Translations under genes and position numbers: made by a program
NCBI RefSeq assembly: GCF_009914755.1
Contig: NC_060932.1
Strand: one strand, 5' to 3'
Source of the DNA: the human T2T-CHM13v2.0 reference genome, Homo sapiens
DNA length: 64,000 bases
The notes under the pieces: generated by a model
The model's input: only the letters and a program-made list of their open reading frames with translations
What the model was told of the DNA's origin: nothing
Database searches by the model: none
In this document: in pieces, positions 27,643-41,900 of the stretch
Numbering within the stretch: the stretch's first letter is position 1
Layout: every line of letters begins with the position of its first letter

Positions 27643-29922
27643 GTGCAGCATGCGTGTGGGGCAGGAGGCCATCATGAAACCTTTGCCAAAGTTGCTTCGG
27701 GGGAGTGGTGAGGCAGGAGTCTGCCGGGTGTGGTTTGAGAAAGACGTGAAGGCCTGTAGGAGAAAGAGAATGGAGATGGCAGAGACAAGTGAAGACTCTG
27801 AACCGTTTTGGTCTGGAGAATCTTGAACACCTCCTCTGGCTGAAGGGAAGAAGTCAGTGGGACCAAACACAATCCCATATTCAATGGGACAGTGAAAGAG
27901 TGGATGAGCCTTGGGCAGAAGAGCAGAGCTCCTCTGCAGCCAAGAAAAGGAGGGGTTAGAAAGCAAATAAGGTGGGTGGTGAGCGAAGAAGCTGCTGAGG
28001 GTGCATATCTGACAGACTCAATTTTCTTAGTGAACTTGGGGGGTAAAGTTACCTAATGACTATCAGAGATTTCTAGTTCTATTAGAGACTATTATTATCA
28101 TAATTATTAGCCAAAATTTCATGAAATAGAGTGAATAAGCTTGTTTAGAACAACCAACCAAAAACCATTTGACCACTTGAATGGAACCAGGTGTTTTGCT
28201 GAGAATTTTTTTCATGCATTATCTCATTTAATACTTAGTGACTTAAATTCTCTCTGCTCATTTTCTTCCTCTATAACTGGGAATCAAGACAATACCCATG
28301 TTAGGGAGCCATTACCAGGATAAATGGCATCACTATGTGTAGGTGCCCTGAACAGTCAGCACAGGGCAAGCACTGCAGTCAGACAGCACTATTATTCCAG
28401 ATAAGGGAGTCACTTCCCAGTTCACGGGGTCTGTTACAGAGCTAGCTGGCCCACCACCTGCACTCTTCATGGAAGCTAACCAGCCTTCTTGGGCCAGCAG
28501 GGGAGAACATGCAGAGGGCAGGTGCCAGAGAGGCTGGGGTAGGGTGGTGGTGGAGCCACGACCCAGAAAGCCAGCGTCCAGGGCTGGTGAAGACTGCAGG
28601 GGGTGAGACAGATGTGAGGAGGCCCAAAGTTCATAGCCAGCAGCTGGAGAGATCACCGAGCAGGTTCCCTTGCCTGAGGCCACCTCAGCCCAAATCTAAG
28701 GAGACAGGAGGTCCTGAAGCTCAAGGCGCCTGGCTTCGTGTGGGAGAACAGGTGACGGTGCAAGCCGGGAGGGGGCCAGCGCCCAGGGAACCCTGGGTTG
28801 GTGAGAAGACAGAGCCCAAGATGGGCAACACAAGTCTCTCCTTTGAGCTGTTACAGCTCGGGGCACTTGTCTCACAAAACCTCCCAAGTGCCTGCTGTGT
28901 GCAGGTGAGCAGTGATATCAAGATGACAGACCTAGTCTCGCGGGTGTGGGAGGACACACCAAACTGCAAGGCAAGCCAGCTGCGTGCTCACTGCTATAAC
29001 ATGGGCACCACAGGGGAATTTGGGGAGCACAGAAGTGCCATGGAACCAGAGTTGGCCAGAAAGGTGCTGTCTAGGGAGCAGAGGAAAAGAGAACCCCTAG
29101 TAGAACGAGCTGGGGAGCCAAAGGCACATGATCATAAATATATAAATGGCATGAAATAACTTCACACCCGCAGGAAAATAAACAAGCCCGAGGGAATGGG
29201 GATGGGCATGGGTAAGGGATAGAAGAAACAAGCCTGGCTGTGGAGGCACTAACTGTTGAACCTGGTGATACACCAGCATTTACTGTATTGGTTTAACCAA
29301 GGGGTTCTTCACTCTACTGTTGTACTCTCAAGTGTGTACATCACGCTCAGAGGATAGAACCGGATATATGAGTGTGTGATGCCTCCGCTGTATACTTCCA
29401 GCATTTTAATTAGGGTAAAGGAACTTGGTGTGACCTTCTGTCTGGATATGGGTGACCTGAGGAGGATAGGAAGAGTTCAGGTACTTTCAGGGGCCAAGCG
29501 CTGACTGCCATTCAGACCTGGCTCTATGGGCACACCCAGTGGGGTGTGAGGACACGTCAGTCAGAACTGGGTGGCACCGCGAGCGTTTCCTGCCCCAAGT
29601 CTCGGGGATGGTGCAAGTACCACACGCATAGACGAGCAGCGTGTGCACATCTCTTGACCCCGCGTGTCTCCTGTCACTGCCCTTGGTGTGCTGTCCTTCA
29701 CCTGGCCTGTCTTAACTCCTCTGCAAGGGTGTGGGCCTCCCTCCTGCCTCCTGCCGTGCATAATACATGTGTGTGTGTCCTCCTCTATGCATGTGTCTCT
29801 CTCTCTCCCCTCACCCCATCCAGATGCGTGGGGGTGTGCATGTGTGTGCACACATGTGCCGCCTCCCTTTGGAGTTGCTCTGTCTTGTGTTCCCACATGG
29901 GGTGCAGGCACCCTCTCCCTCC

Positions 29923-29925
<3 letters not shown>

Positions 29926-29972
<47 letters not shown>
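29926..29972 (+). repeat. Perfect (GT)~23 microsatellite inside a TG/TC-rich low-complexity domain (~29600-30770)
   Basis: Seen directly. Confidence 0.95.
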
Positions 29973-29975
<3 letters not shown>

Positions 29976-32900
29976 TCCTCTCTCCCCTCCAGGGCTGTGT
30001 ATGTTTGTGGATCTCTGGGGCCCTCCCACTCTGGCGTGTATTTCTGTCTCTCCCCCCAACTCTGGGGGTCTGTCTCTCTCTTCCTCGCTGGGGGTCTTTC
30101 TCTCCCTGCTGCAGACCAGGTGTCTGTGTCTCTCTCCCACCTCTGCATGCTTCTGTGTGTGTACCCCCATCTGAGCATGTGTGCCTCTCTCCCCAAATCC
30201 TGGTGGGACTGGTGTCCTGCCCTCACATCCGGGGCTGTGTGTCTCCCTCTGCCGTGGGAGTGAGTGCGTCTCCGCTCACATCCTGGCGTGAGTGTAACTC
30301 TTTCTCCTGCCCATCCTGGAATCTGTCTCTCCCACCTCCACCTTCTGGATGTGTCACTCTCTCCCCCAGTCCAGGTGTCCTCAGTGTCTTTTCCCAGCCT
30401 ATCCTGGTGAACGTGCAGTGTCTTTCCCCACTTTGGGGTCTCCCCTCAAGCAGGGAAAAGACAGAGTCAGAGTTGCTGGTGCATCTCTTTCCCCTCTGTG
30501 GGTGTGAACTGGGTGTATTTCTCTCTTCTTTCTCTGTGTTTGTCTTTCTCCCACTGGCTTTCTCCTGAAATATAAATATAAACATAATTTACACATACCT
30601 GCACAGACAGATACAGCCTCCCACGCCCACTGTGCTTAGGTCTACGTGTTTCTCTGTCTGGGATTGTGGGTCTCCCCTGCTCTGGGTATTCTGGGGGGTG
30701 TGCATCCTTTTCCCTCATGCATCTGTGTCTGTCTTTCTTTGGAGCATGTGTAGTTGTCTCTGCCACCCCCATGGTAACAGGGCTTGCTGCAGGTGAGGGC
30801 TGGCCTTGTGGCGGTCAGGAGGTCTGTCTGTACTTGTTGCGCAGGGCTTAGCTATGGAGGGAGCAGGGAACAGGGTGGGTAGGGAGCAGCAGAGACAAAC
30901 TTAACCACCTTCTCTCTCCCAACCTTGCTGTTCCACACTTCACAATTAACAAGGGGCTGGGTGACTCCAAAGAAGTGATCCCAGGCCTCCTCCTACTGAC
31001 TTCTCCCTGGAACTCATGTCGTCCCAGACACCCTCTGGAATGGATGGCCCGCATCACACAGCCTCTAACCGCTGCTCAGGGCTTCCTCTAGCTTCCCTTC
31101 ACCACAATCAAACCTCTGGACTGCCCCTGAAAACAGAGTACTCCTCTCCAGGAATTTACCCTGTGCCGGTTCTGAGACAGAGAAAGTGGGGTGGAGGACA
31201 GCACGTGGTCCTTGCCCTCCAAGGCTCAGCCCCGAGAGGAAGCTGCATACCCACGCATGGTATGGAGCAGTGCTCCAGGGCCGGTGAGAAGGACGTGGCT
31301 GTGCAGGCACAGAGGGGTCACCACAGCTGAGGCAGGCAGGCTGTGGGTGCCCCAGCAACACGCCTCTCAAAGGGGCAGGGGAGGAAGGAGGTGACGGGAG
31401 CACCCAGGTCCTATAGCCATGTGCAGAGGGCAGCACAGATGAGGATGAGGCTGGAAGTGACAGCCACCCTGCAAAGGACAACCCCCGCTCTGCTCCGGAG
31501 TTCTACTGCACTCAGGGCCAGCGGTCCTCATAGACGTTACAAGACAGTCCAGCAAGATGGCTTTCTGCCCGGTCCCCTATCTCGCTCCCTCTGCCTCCAG
31601 CACGTAGAGCTCCTCCTCCAGACCTCAGGGCCTCTGTCTGGAGCGTCCCTTCAGGTCACTCCTGGCCCACCCCTTCTCATCATTCAGGCCTCTATACAAA
31701 GGGCCTTTTATCAAGAGGTCTCCCCTGATCACTGTCTCTTAGGGTCCCTCTTCCCTGGCCCCCAGGACTCCTCACCTCTGAACTCCTTCTTAATTCCTTC
31801 ATGCTGCCTACTGCACCCCGAGGGAGCTCTACTAACTACTGTGTCCTTTGCTCATTGTGGGTGGGGCCTGGCTTAGTACCCAGCATGGTACTTGACCTGT
31901 GTGGCAGGCACTTTGTAAAATTTGTGGAATGAATAAGATATAAAAGGAAAGGTGTCTTGCACATAGATGTGGAGATGTTAGTGTAAACAGAAAAGAGACA
32001 TGGAGGCCCTAGAGAGAGGTAGAGACTAAGGCTTCATTAGCAAGAAGCTGCAAGCTAAAGGTACCGCAGGAGTGGGAACGGGTGCTCAGGAAAAGTGTAC
32101 ACTGAGAAGTGGACTGGGGAATGCTGCGAACCCTGGGGAATGCCAAAATGCTGGTGGTTGGGGGGACAGGTGGAAAAAAGGTGCCACCCAAACAAAGTGC
32201 AAAGGAGGTGCCAGAGAAGGAACAGCAAAGCCAGAAAAGTCAGAGATGCAGGAGTTTGCCAAACATGTGGAATCCTGCAGAAAGGCAAGTGGGGATAAAA
32301 TGGAAATGATGCCACCAGCTTTGGTGCCTGGGAGGCTGTTGATGGATGTTGCCTTCAAATGCAGACTCAAAATGAAGGGGCAGGATAGCTAAAGAGTAAG
32401 GGGAGATGAAAGAAACAGCACATGGACCACTCTTCCAGAAAGTCTGGCACTGATGAGGGGAAAGGTACTTAGAGAAGGGGGATGATGAAGCCAAAGGTGT
32501 ATTTTATTTTTTTGATTTGGGAAGATCTGAGCATATTTTGCAAGTGGAGAGGAAGAGATGGGAAATTCCAAGATGGGAGGGGTGAGTGACAATACAAGGA
32601 CCTACGAGGGGCTGGAGTAACCGGCTGGCTCCAGAAGCCCCGGTATACAGCCCTGGGGCCCAGCCTCCCCAGCTAGACCAACCCTTCCTGGCACTAGGCA
32701 GTACGTCTCCACCACCCCCCCCCGATCCTCCCCTACAGGAGGGCTGGGCATCATTACAGAGGAATCCAGAGGTAAAGAGGGCACTGACAGTCCCAGTCTT
32801 CTCTGGGAGCTAAGCTAGACATCTGGTGAGAGGGTTATAGGAGAACATTAGATGTTGAGAATCACTGGTGAGAGGAATGAGCAAAAGGAGAGAGAATGGG

Positions 32901-35900
32901 GATGCAGGTAAAAGAGTGGGTTTATACCATGAAAGACCCAGCTCTGAACCTCAGTGGGTACCCTCTCAACGGAATAAAACCCCTTCTGTGTGGCCTTCGG
33001 GACCTGATGCCTCCTGGCCTGTCTCCCTTTCTAGCTTTCTCCACCATCATTCTGCTCACCCCTGACACCCTGACACTCAACTGCAGAAGAATGGGGCACG
33101 TGCTGCATATGCGGGCCCAAGCATCCTTCCCTGGATTCCCCGGCCTTCCCCCGCCATTCTTGGCTCTACAGCTACCTCCTCTGTGAGTCTAATTCCCCCA
33201 AGTGGTATTAACTTCTTCTATGTGTCCATTTCGTTAATGTCTCTATAACACAAGTATTAAACCCATGACGGAAGTTCCAACTGAATATAGAAAAAGGTGG
33301 TTCCATGACTAAGGAACTAAAAAATGGTAGAGCCATTCACAGAATAGCTGAAGTCTGAATTGCTAGCAGAATGGACCTAGTGGTAAAGACCGGAGACCTC
33401 TGCGTGCAGCGGGCCCCGCTTCCAATGTGGAACATATTCACATTTCTGTAACGCTAGTCTTACATCCATGGGGTCAGTTTATTCTGGACTCTGGATCAAC
33501 TTAACTTTCCTAATTCATCCTCCTCTGCTCAAAAAGCTACAATGCCTTCCGCAGCACATAGTGCACATTCCTCAGGCTGGTAATAAAGGCTTTTCACAAT
33601 CAGATCTCAGCACACCTTTCTAGCGGCTCCTGAACTGTACCCTTGCAAACCATCCTCTCCAGTCAGACTGGTCTTCTCTGTCTCCTAACCTCTGCCAAAA
33701 CCATTCCTCTCACCTGAACAGCCCTGCTTCTTCTTGCCAATTCCTAACTCATGCCTTTTTCAAAGCCCATCTCAAGTTCCACCTCTCCCTCCCTTGAGCA
33801 CCTATAGTTTTTACTGTCTTTACCATTCATTTAGCATTTTAAAAAACAATGCTCTGGGATCTCTTTATACATTAACTCATCATCCAAAGGCATAAAAGCA
33901 GAGAAGTTTAAAAAATTTTTCTTTTTCGCCCAATTCAACATTTAGCCACATTTCCCGTGACAATCACATTTTTATTTTAAAATAAATTTAAGGAATATTT
34001 ATGTGTTTATTATAGGGGAGACACAAAGGAAGAGAGAAATCCCCAAATCCCCCAAACCCATGGAGATTACATGAATAACAAAATGGAGATGTGAAACTTG
34101 GAATTCTTTAGTAATTGGGACAATACCATATACTGTATTAAATTCTTTTAACTCTCCTGGGTGGGAAGATCATCAGTGGCATTTTTAGCTTGGAAGCCTA
34201 ACATCTAAAATTAACCAAGCTAAGCAATATTTTCAATTGTCATCATGTAGAATTACATTGTTTAATGAAATAAGACCATTCAAAAATTTGGGGAAAAATG
34301 TTTATTCATTATTCTGAAATCAGACAGCTTTGCAACAAATTTAAGGCCAAAATTAATAAAATTACCTATTTAAGATCCTTATTATGAGACAAAGTTTATA
34401 CTTATATCTTTAGAAAAATCTCCTTTAGCTTAATAAGTTGATAAATTTCCCCAATTCCTTATGTACAGCTTAAAGATAAGTTGACATTTAGCACTTTCTA
34501 ACTCGAATTACTCTGTCAACTCTATGCCTGAAATCTTCATTTTGTAAGAATGTACAATTTTCTTAAATATATGAACTTCAATATGGACATAATTTAGGTT
34601 TATACTACCCAAATAACATATAATAATTAGCTGCTATAGGTCTGTCCATTCTAAAGATTTACTTACAAAAAGTAACAGAATTCCTTCTGAAATCATTATT
34701 GCTTCTTGCATACACATTATCCCTGCAATTCCTATCTCATGAGATTGCTGTGAAAACTAAATGAGATAATATAGGTAAAAGCAAAGACTGATAGGTAGCC
34801 AAAGTATTTTATGGCTGAAGCATAGCATTAATACTCAAAATATTTTGAGAGTTATAAAAGTCATGTTGCTAACGATTCAGGGAATAATTCAACCAATCAA
34901 GTTGAGTTTCTTTTTCTTTTAAACATAAACAGTTTCTTTTTGGGCTCTTTTTTTTTTTTTTTTTGTTTTTACTAGGAAAAACCTTTAACTAAAACTTGGC
35001 TGAAATAAAAAATTTTGTAACATCTCATCTTTAAAGGATCAGAACCTCTGCTTTCTTATTTGATCAATTTCAAGCTAGATTTAAAATACTAGTCTAATTC
35101 TACTTTATTTCAGTGAAATGATGGATGAGATAAAGTTACTTATCTTTAAAATTTTCTGAATTTTATACTTAGCAGTTGAAGACCACACTTCTGAACTGTG
35201 CAACTTGAAAAAGATCTAGATTTTAGTACAGCATTAAACACAGAACCAGAGTATACCACAATGACTTTTATATTAATTTTAATACATATGCTCATTTTCC
35301 AGAAGTGATTTTGGATGTTATTGCTTGATTTTAAAAAGCACAGAAAACTAGTCTACGTAAGGCACTGCCATACACAGGGTGGCAGCACTGAGAACCAAAC
35401 ACATGCAAACAGCAAGAACACTTGGAAGGGCCAATGGAAGCACACAAGTGTGCCTGAAATCTGATTAGGACAAACTTAGACATGCGGGTATTTTGGCTTC
35501 AATTAAAAAATTTCTTTTAATTCTGGAAGAGTATCATGCATTGTACAAAAGCTATTATGAGTCAGCCTCTGAATGTGATCAATTGCACTTCTCCCACAAC
35601 AAACTGCTTTCTCTACTTTTCCCTGCACTGAGGGATAAAAGGTGAACTAAGAATAATTAAATTCAAGCACCACATGAGATCTAATGTTTAAGTAGAGCAA
35701 CTGTATCTCTGGTATACAGCTGAAAAGATAACCCAGGCTATGATTAAAAGTGCTCCTAGATAGGAATTTAAGAATAACATGATCTTGAGAACATATTAAA
35801 TAAAAGCAGTTACAGAAGTAAAGTTTTAAAATAACTGTCTGTCACCAATCTCTCAGCAGCAATATTGTGAGATAGGAAGTACAGACATTAGTTTATACTT

Positions 35901-38900
35901 TCCCAAAAGAAGGGCTTTTAAGAAAAACATCTGTAACTGTACTTAAAAAATTGAAATACCATTAAAAGTATTAAATGCTTGATAATTAAGAATTTAAATA
36001 CAACAGACATTCAACCAAGTACTGACCTATTTGTCACTACTTTTCTTTGAAGAATAATGAAAATAATTGAATATATCACGATCTTTAAGTAATTTTGACC
36101 ACATATTTGAAAAAAAACTAATAAATTTATTAACTGTTAAAGGCTAGCTGCTTAGGAACGTCTACAGAATTTTATATGTGTATTTTGTACTTTGTTTACA
36201 AATTTCTAGGCATAAAAAGTAGATTCAGATACAAAAACAACTATCTGAATTAAAATTATGTATATTTCAGCAGTAAATCAAGTTATTCAGTTTAATATTT
36301 AAAGCTTTCATTCTATGTCTAATTAAGCCTGTTACTTGATAGTTTACTTTCATTTTGATTTGGGTAAGCAAATATGACAATATATTTTAATACAGCATCT
36401 TTCAAAACGTAATATATGCCAAATTATTGCTGAAAAAATGTCTTACACCTTTTTCTTAAAAATAAACTGAGCAAATTACATTAAAAGCTAGACCTGATAG
36501 ATGTGCTTAACATACAGCATAGTTAAATCAGTTATTTGTTTGTATGACAGTAGCCCTGAGAATGCTCACGTTTTATGAAGCAAGATAAAGAAAAACATAA
36601 AATGTCACTAACTCCTGTTTGGTGTGCCTGATCATCACAGAAACTTTCCTTCTTGGAAACATTTTAAAAATCTTCCAAATAACTAGTAGGGCTGCTTCCA
36701 CCACTCTTGGTGTAATTAACCTATTTTATTATACATCTATTTCTATTCTAATGCTAAAATCCTATGAAATTGAATAGTAAACATCAAGTAAAATGCTACC
36801 AACATTAGAAGAGAAAAATCTAGATTGAAATTTATACAATTAAATTACCTCAGTCTATGACAAATTAGCAAAACATATGAAGAACATTTTCTCAGATTTA
36901 TTTAGAAACAATTTTAAAGGTGCAAGGAAAACAAATTCATGTTTGAGGTGTAGCTTATTTATAATAGGATATGCTGGTTATATTAATATTTGTTTTTAGG
37001 CTTATAATAGGTTATAAGGTCATAACAATCCAAATATATAAAGTGACAACTGTTCCATAAGTTGCAGTTGTGTAACACAGAATAATGGAGCTAATTTCTC
37101 TTCAATGGAATGCAGTGCTTAAATGAATTATGTTTAGGAAATACAGAAGATAGCTTAAGAAAAGGAAAGTGCTCATATATAATAAAACAGCATTTTCCCT
37201 TCATTGTCCAAAGTTGATAAAAATAAAACCTACTTATTGTAACTCTCTCAGGGTATGAAGAAAAGTGACGTGAGCTCTATGTAACTCCAGCATTAAGACA
37301 ATACAAGAAAAAATCAAGTTACCGAGAAAATCTGGTAGACTAAAATCCAACCGGTGTTATTTTGAAACTGTACACTTGAACTATCTTAAGTTTCCAGGTT
37401 TAATTTCTTAAAATTCTCATGATCAAGAACAATTCAATAAATATTTACTAATGTATCTTCAAAGGAATAAAATTGATTATGACACCTTCCAATTTTGCCT
37501 TTGAGCCAAAGGGGCTAAATTCCTCATTTGCTAATTGATTTCTAGTTTAACAGTCTCCAAAAATGTATTTTAAAGTTAAAGGGCTCTAATGTCTAACCAC
37601 TGGTTAAAGAGAGATAATTTTTTAAAAACTGATATGGCAGCCTTTAACATATAGCACTTATTCTGAGAATATTATCACATTCAGAAACAAAAAGATAGGA
37701 AATCACAATCAATATATATATGTGCAATTCCAATATTGGTCTGCAATAATAATTCAAATATTTAATGAGTGAAAGGCTAAAAGGGGGCTCTCATTCTCAA
37801 AAAAGAAGAGTTCAAGACTCTCTAATGGCACATCCTTCACAATCTGTAAAGGATTCTGTTGCCTTTTAAGAAAAGATGCCCCCTCCTCTCTCAAAATATT
37901 TTCTAATAGTAAAGGCAACTTCTATCCCAGAAGATTATACCAAAAGTTTAGATACTCTTTCAGAAAAGCACTTGCTAATTAATAAACGGGAAAGAAAAAA
38001 TTCCTTTAATCGGCAGCATAGACCTAAAAACATACCAGAAATTAGGAGCTTTGTTGGTGAAATGTTATCATTATCTTGTGAAAGGCTTTTTAAATGTGAC
38101 TAAGTCTGTAACAAATTATTTAAATTGCTCTAAAAAAGTCCATGAAGCAAACTATTCTTAGACTGAGGTTTTAAAATTTATTTCATTAACTTAAAGTTTT
38201 AAACTTTCTGATGAACAATGAAGAAAATGATTTTCAATAATTTCTAACTTTCTCAGGACACTTCACGAAGACACACATTCAAAACAATCTTCAAAATATT
38301 TTATAAAAATAGCAAAAAGTAATTTTTCTTATTTAAAAAAAATTCTGAATAACCATTACAAATTATTCTTAGAATTTAATTTAGTTTAATTCAAATCTAA
38401 GAAGAGAAGGAAGGCAGGCTTTGGGGATCTATTTTAAAAAGGTCATTATGAAACCAGCAATTGGTATTAAAAATATTCTTTGGTAGATCTCCCCAATTAT
38501 CTAATTTTTAAGGCAAAATTACAACTTTTGCCTTGTAGTTGGTTATTATTTATTCACATAAGATGAATTTTTAATTTACCACAATTGTTATTTTACTCTG
38601 AAATTCTTATCTACCAAATTCTTTACCATGAATTTTGGACATTTTAGTCCATACTTATTGTTACATACTTTCATTGTTTAAAATTCTTATTTTTAAAAGG
38701 CACCAAAAAAAATTTTTGCTTCCTAACACCTTCACATTGCTAGGTTTTCTATGTTTTTAGATTAAGAAGATTCCACTTTTAAATGTAAGGAAATATTTTA
38801 AGCAAATTTCTTGTCCTATTAACCTAGGACATACTGCATAAGTTCATTCATTCTACACATGCACACACATTTTTTAGGTAGTCATCTCAAATTCCCAGCA

Positions 38901-41900
38901 CACACTGTGGTTAGTTTTAATACCATGATCCTGTAGTAACTCTGTTTATAAGACATCCAGGGACTTTTAAATACTAACAATTTTAATGCAGCATAACACT
39001 ACCTTTTTAAAAAAATAAGATATTTCTGTTTTATAAAATTTTTAAATGTTCTGATAAGCATTTTTTTTTAAGAGCAAAATTCTTAACAACAAACACCAAT
39101 ACATACACAAAATCAGAAAACAAAAATACCCAAGTGCCCTTGGAGGTTCCACACCACCATATCCTTGTCAGTACCACCCTGTAAAGAGGAGGCAGGGATA
39201 GCTATAAACAGTGAGTATAATGCAAACCTCTGGACAGCAGACTAATCGATTTAAAAGTAAAAATCAAATTATGTCCCTGTAATAATTTCTACTAGGCTTT
39301 CATACACATACATTTCTTACAACTTCAAATGTTAATAGCTCAATACTTTTATAAAATGTTATAATCTAAAAATCTTAATTTAATTTCTCAAATTTTACAA
39401 TGAAATTTGCAAATAAGATATAAAAGTTAATCTAACATAAATGAAAAGTAGTAACAGTGGATTTTAGGTTTGAGCATTTCAAAAAATTTAGGCAATAAAA
39501 TACAAAAAGCAAAAATTAGTTACCTCCAAAGTAGTCTTACGGTAAAATAGAAAAGAATTCCCATGCATGAATTCTAAAATCAGGTTAACTTTACAGCTAA
39601 TCAATCTGATTTACCCTGCATTCATATTTTACTTACTTGTAAATACTTTTCCATGACTACCTAAACACTTACTAATTGGTTAAATATGCTACCTATATTA
39701 ATTCCTGGTAGAACTAAAGAAACTAAAGGTCTACCTTTGTTTTTCAGAAGTGACTGATATAGTTTCAAAGTATTCAATGTTTCAGAAAAGGTGTTTATCA
39801 GGTTCTTAAGACATTTAAAAATGGCTCAAGGGATGATTTATAGCCCTTTTACCTTGATCATATTCACTACCTTGGATTTTGTTGAACAGATTCAGTTTCC
39901 TCCTTTTGAAACTCTTCCCTTACTCAAATAATTAAAGAATCTAAGATGTTATCAATATAAAGAGAAAAAATTAATATTTATTTCTTATACACTTGCAAAC
40001 ACACCAAAAAGAATATGTATTCCAAGCAATGTAAGTAAGTTTCTTCAGTAAAACTTTTTTTTCCTTGGGGATGTGTGTAACTGGTAATTTTTTATATATC
40101 TTAATTTTCCAAAGAACAGGATTCTAAAGAAAAAATATTAAAACATTCTTAGATAAAATTATTTTGACTACACAGCTCAAGAGGCAAATGATTACTGAAA
40201 CAAAACTTCAAAGATAGCTATAGATATATGTTTTAGTTATCTGGCTTTCCAAATCTCACTTAAGACAGGAGCATCACATTTAATTTAGGAAACAACAAAT
40301 TTAATCCTTAGAAAGGAAAATTTGCAGAATATCAAACCAAAATGTACATAGTGACAATCAGGATTACATTAAAAATGAAGGAATAACCCCCACCTGTGCA
40401 TGTTATTAAAACACAAACAGCACCCTTCAAATTTTAAAACTATACTGATAAAGCAAATTCACTAATTTATTTTGCTATAAATATCTATTTACTATTTACT
40501 AAAATATTTTGGTAATAATATACAGATATAGAATGTGTCAATATTAGCCCACACTTATAAATCTTCCACAGCAGATAAATTCTTTATAGAATTTCAAGTA
40601 GCAAAAGTAGGCATATAAATTTCAAATAAGACTATCAATATATGAGGTTTCTCCGATTCCAACTGAAATAAAGATTTTGACTACACAATATCATGACATT
40701 ATTTCTGTATACTGGTATAATTTAATAGCTTCAGAAAAGGATGTTCAACAGGTAGTATTTCTAAGGCATCACAAAAGCTCAGTACAATCACTTCAAATTA
40801 AATATTGTGCTGTGCCCCATCTAAATAAGACTCTCTAAGCGATTACAGATTTTAGATTGGTGCACTCTGAGTGCGTTTTCTGAACAGACAAGTAGCTAGT
40901 TGCATAAAATACAAACATGAAGAAAGTTTTACACCACCCTATATGAGAGGAAGAAAAAAAATCACAATACCAGCACTTTTATTTAGATTGACAATAAACC
41001 AGTCATAGTGTCCAAACAACCTGAATAACACGATAATCTAATATAACTTGAATTCCTTCATTTTTTTATAGAGATTGAATTTATTGATATTAGTATCTGG
41101 TTTGTCAAAGTGGCAATTATTCAAGATCTAAGTCTCATTTATTTTAAATGCACAGCATAATTCTGACTACTTATAGTCAATGTAACTGTCTTGAGCCAAA
41201 ATACAATGAAAACGTAAGATAAAATGAAAAGGCTTTGTAAGTCTTAATGGCATTCTGAAACCTCTGGACAGAAGATCATTGGGCATGGAGGAGTTTCCCT
41301 TCTCTATTGATAGCTTAATCCTTTTCCAATCAATTTTGATTTAACTGTGGGTGATGAGATTAATCTTTTAATGAGTTCTTAGAAAGTTGTAATTGCTTCC
41401 AAAATCAGAAACCACAAGATGATGTACTCAAACACGTTACTGATGTGATGTTGTATAGAGGTATTTACAGAAAGTTGGAAGAACTCAGTTGTAAACACAA
41501 GTTAACATACAATAGACTACAAAAATAATAACTTGTTTATACAGTAGGGCAAGAAAAAACATTCTATATAAGAAGTCTAAAAATTCAGCTCTAATTTTAA
41601 TCCATGTCTATAAATAATAAAAACAAGAGGAAATAAGGATTTATTTCAGAAACTCCATATACCTGTGGAAAATGGAACACAAGTAATTTCTACTGAAGAT
41701 TAACCTTAATCCCCATTATAGTACAGCTAACAATTTACACATTTTAAATTTTGAAAATATCGTGGAAATCTAAAACATAAGAGCCGATAGTAGTTTATGG
41801 TCAGTAAACACTTTCTGTTAAATAACACAAATAAATTCAACTTAGAAAATGAAAACTCACAGGGCTCAGGATTTTAAAAATCTTTTCATTTCAAAGGCGC

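Noticed and set aside
27405-33186. Dense overlapping ORFs up to 221 aa (CV/HT-rich, plus 28509..29159)
   Set aside because: Produced by TG microsatellites and GC-richer low-complexity DNA poor in stop codons; many lack a true ATG; no domain similarity.
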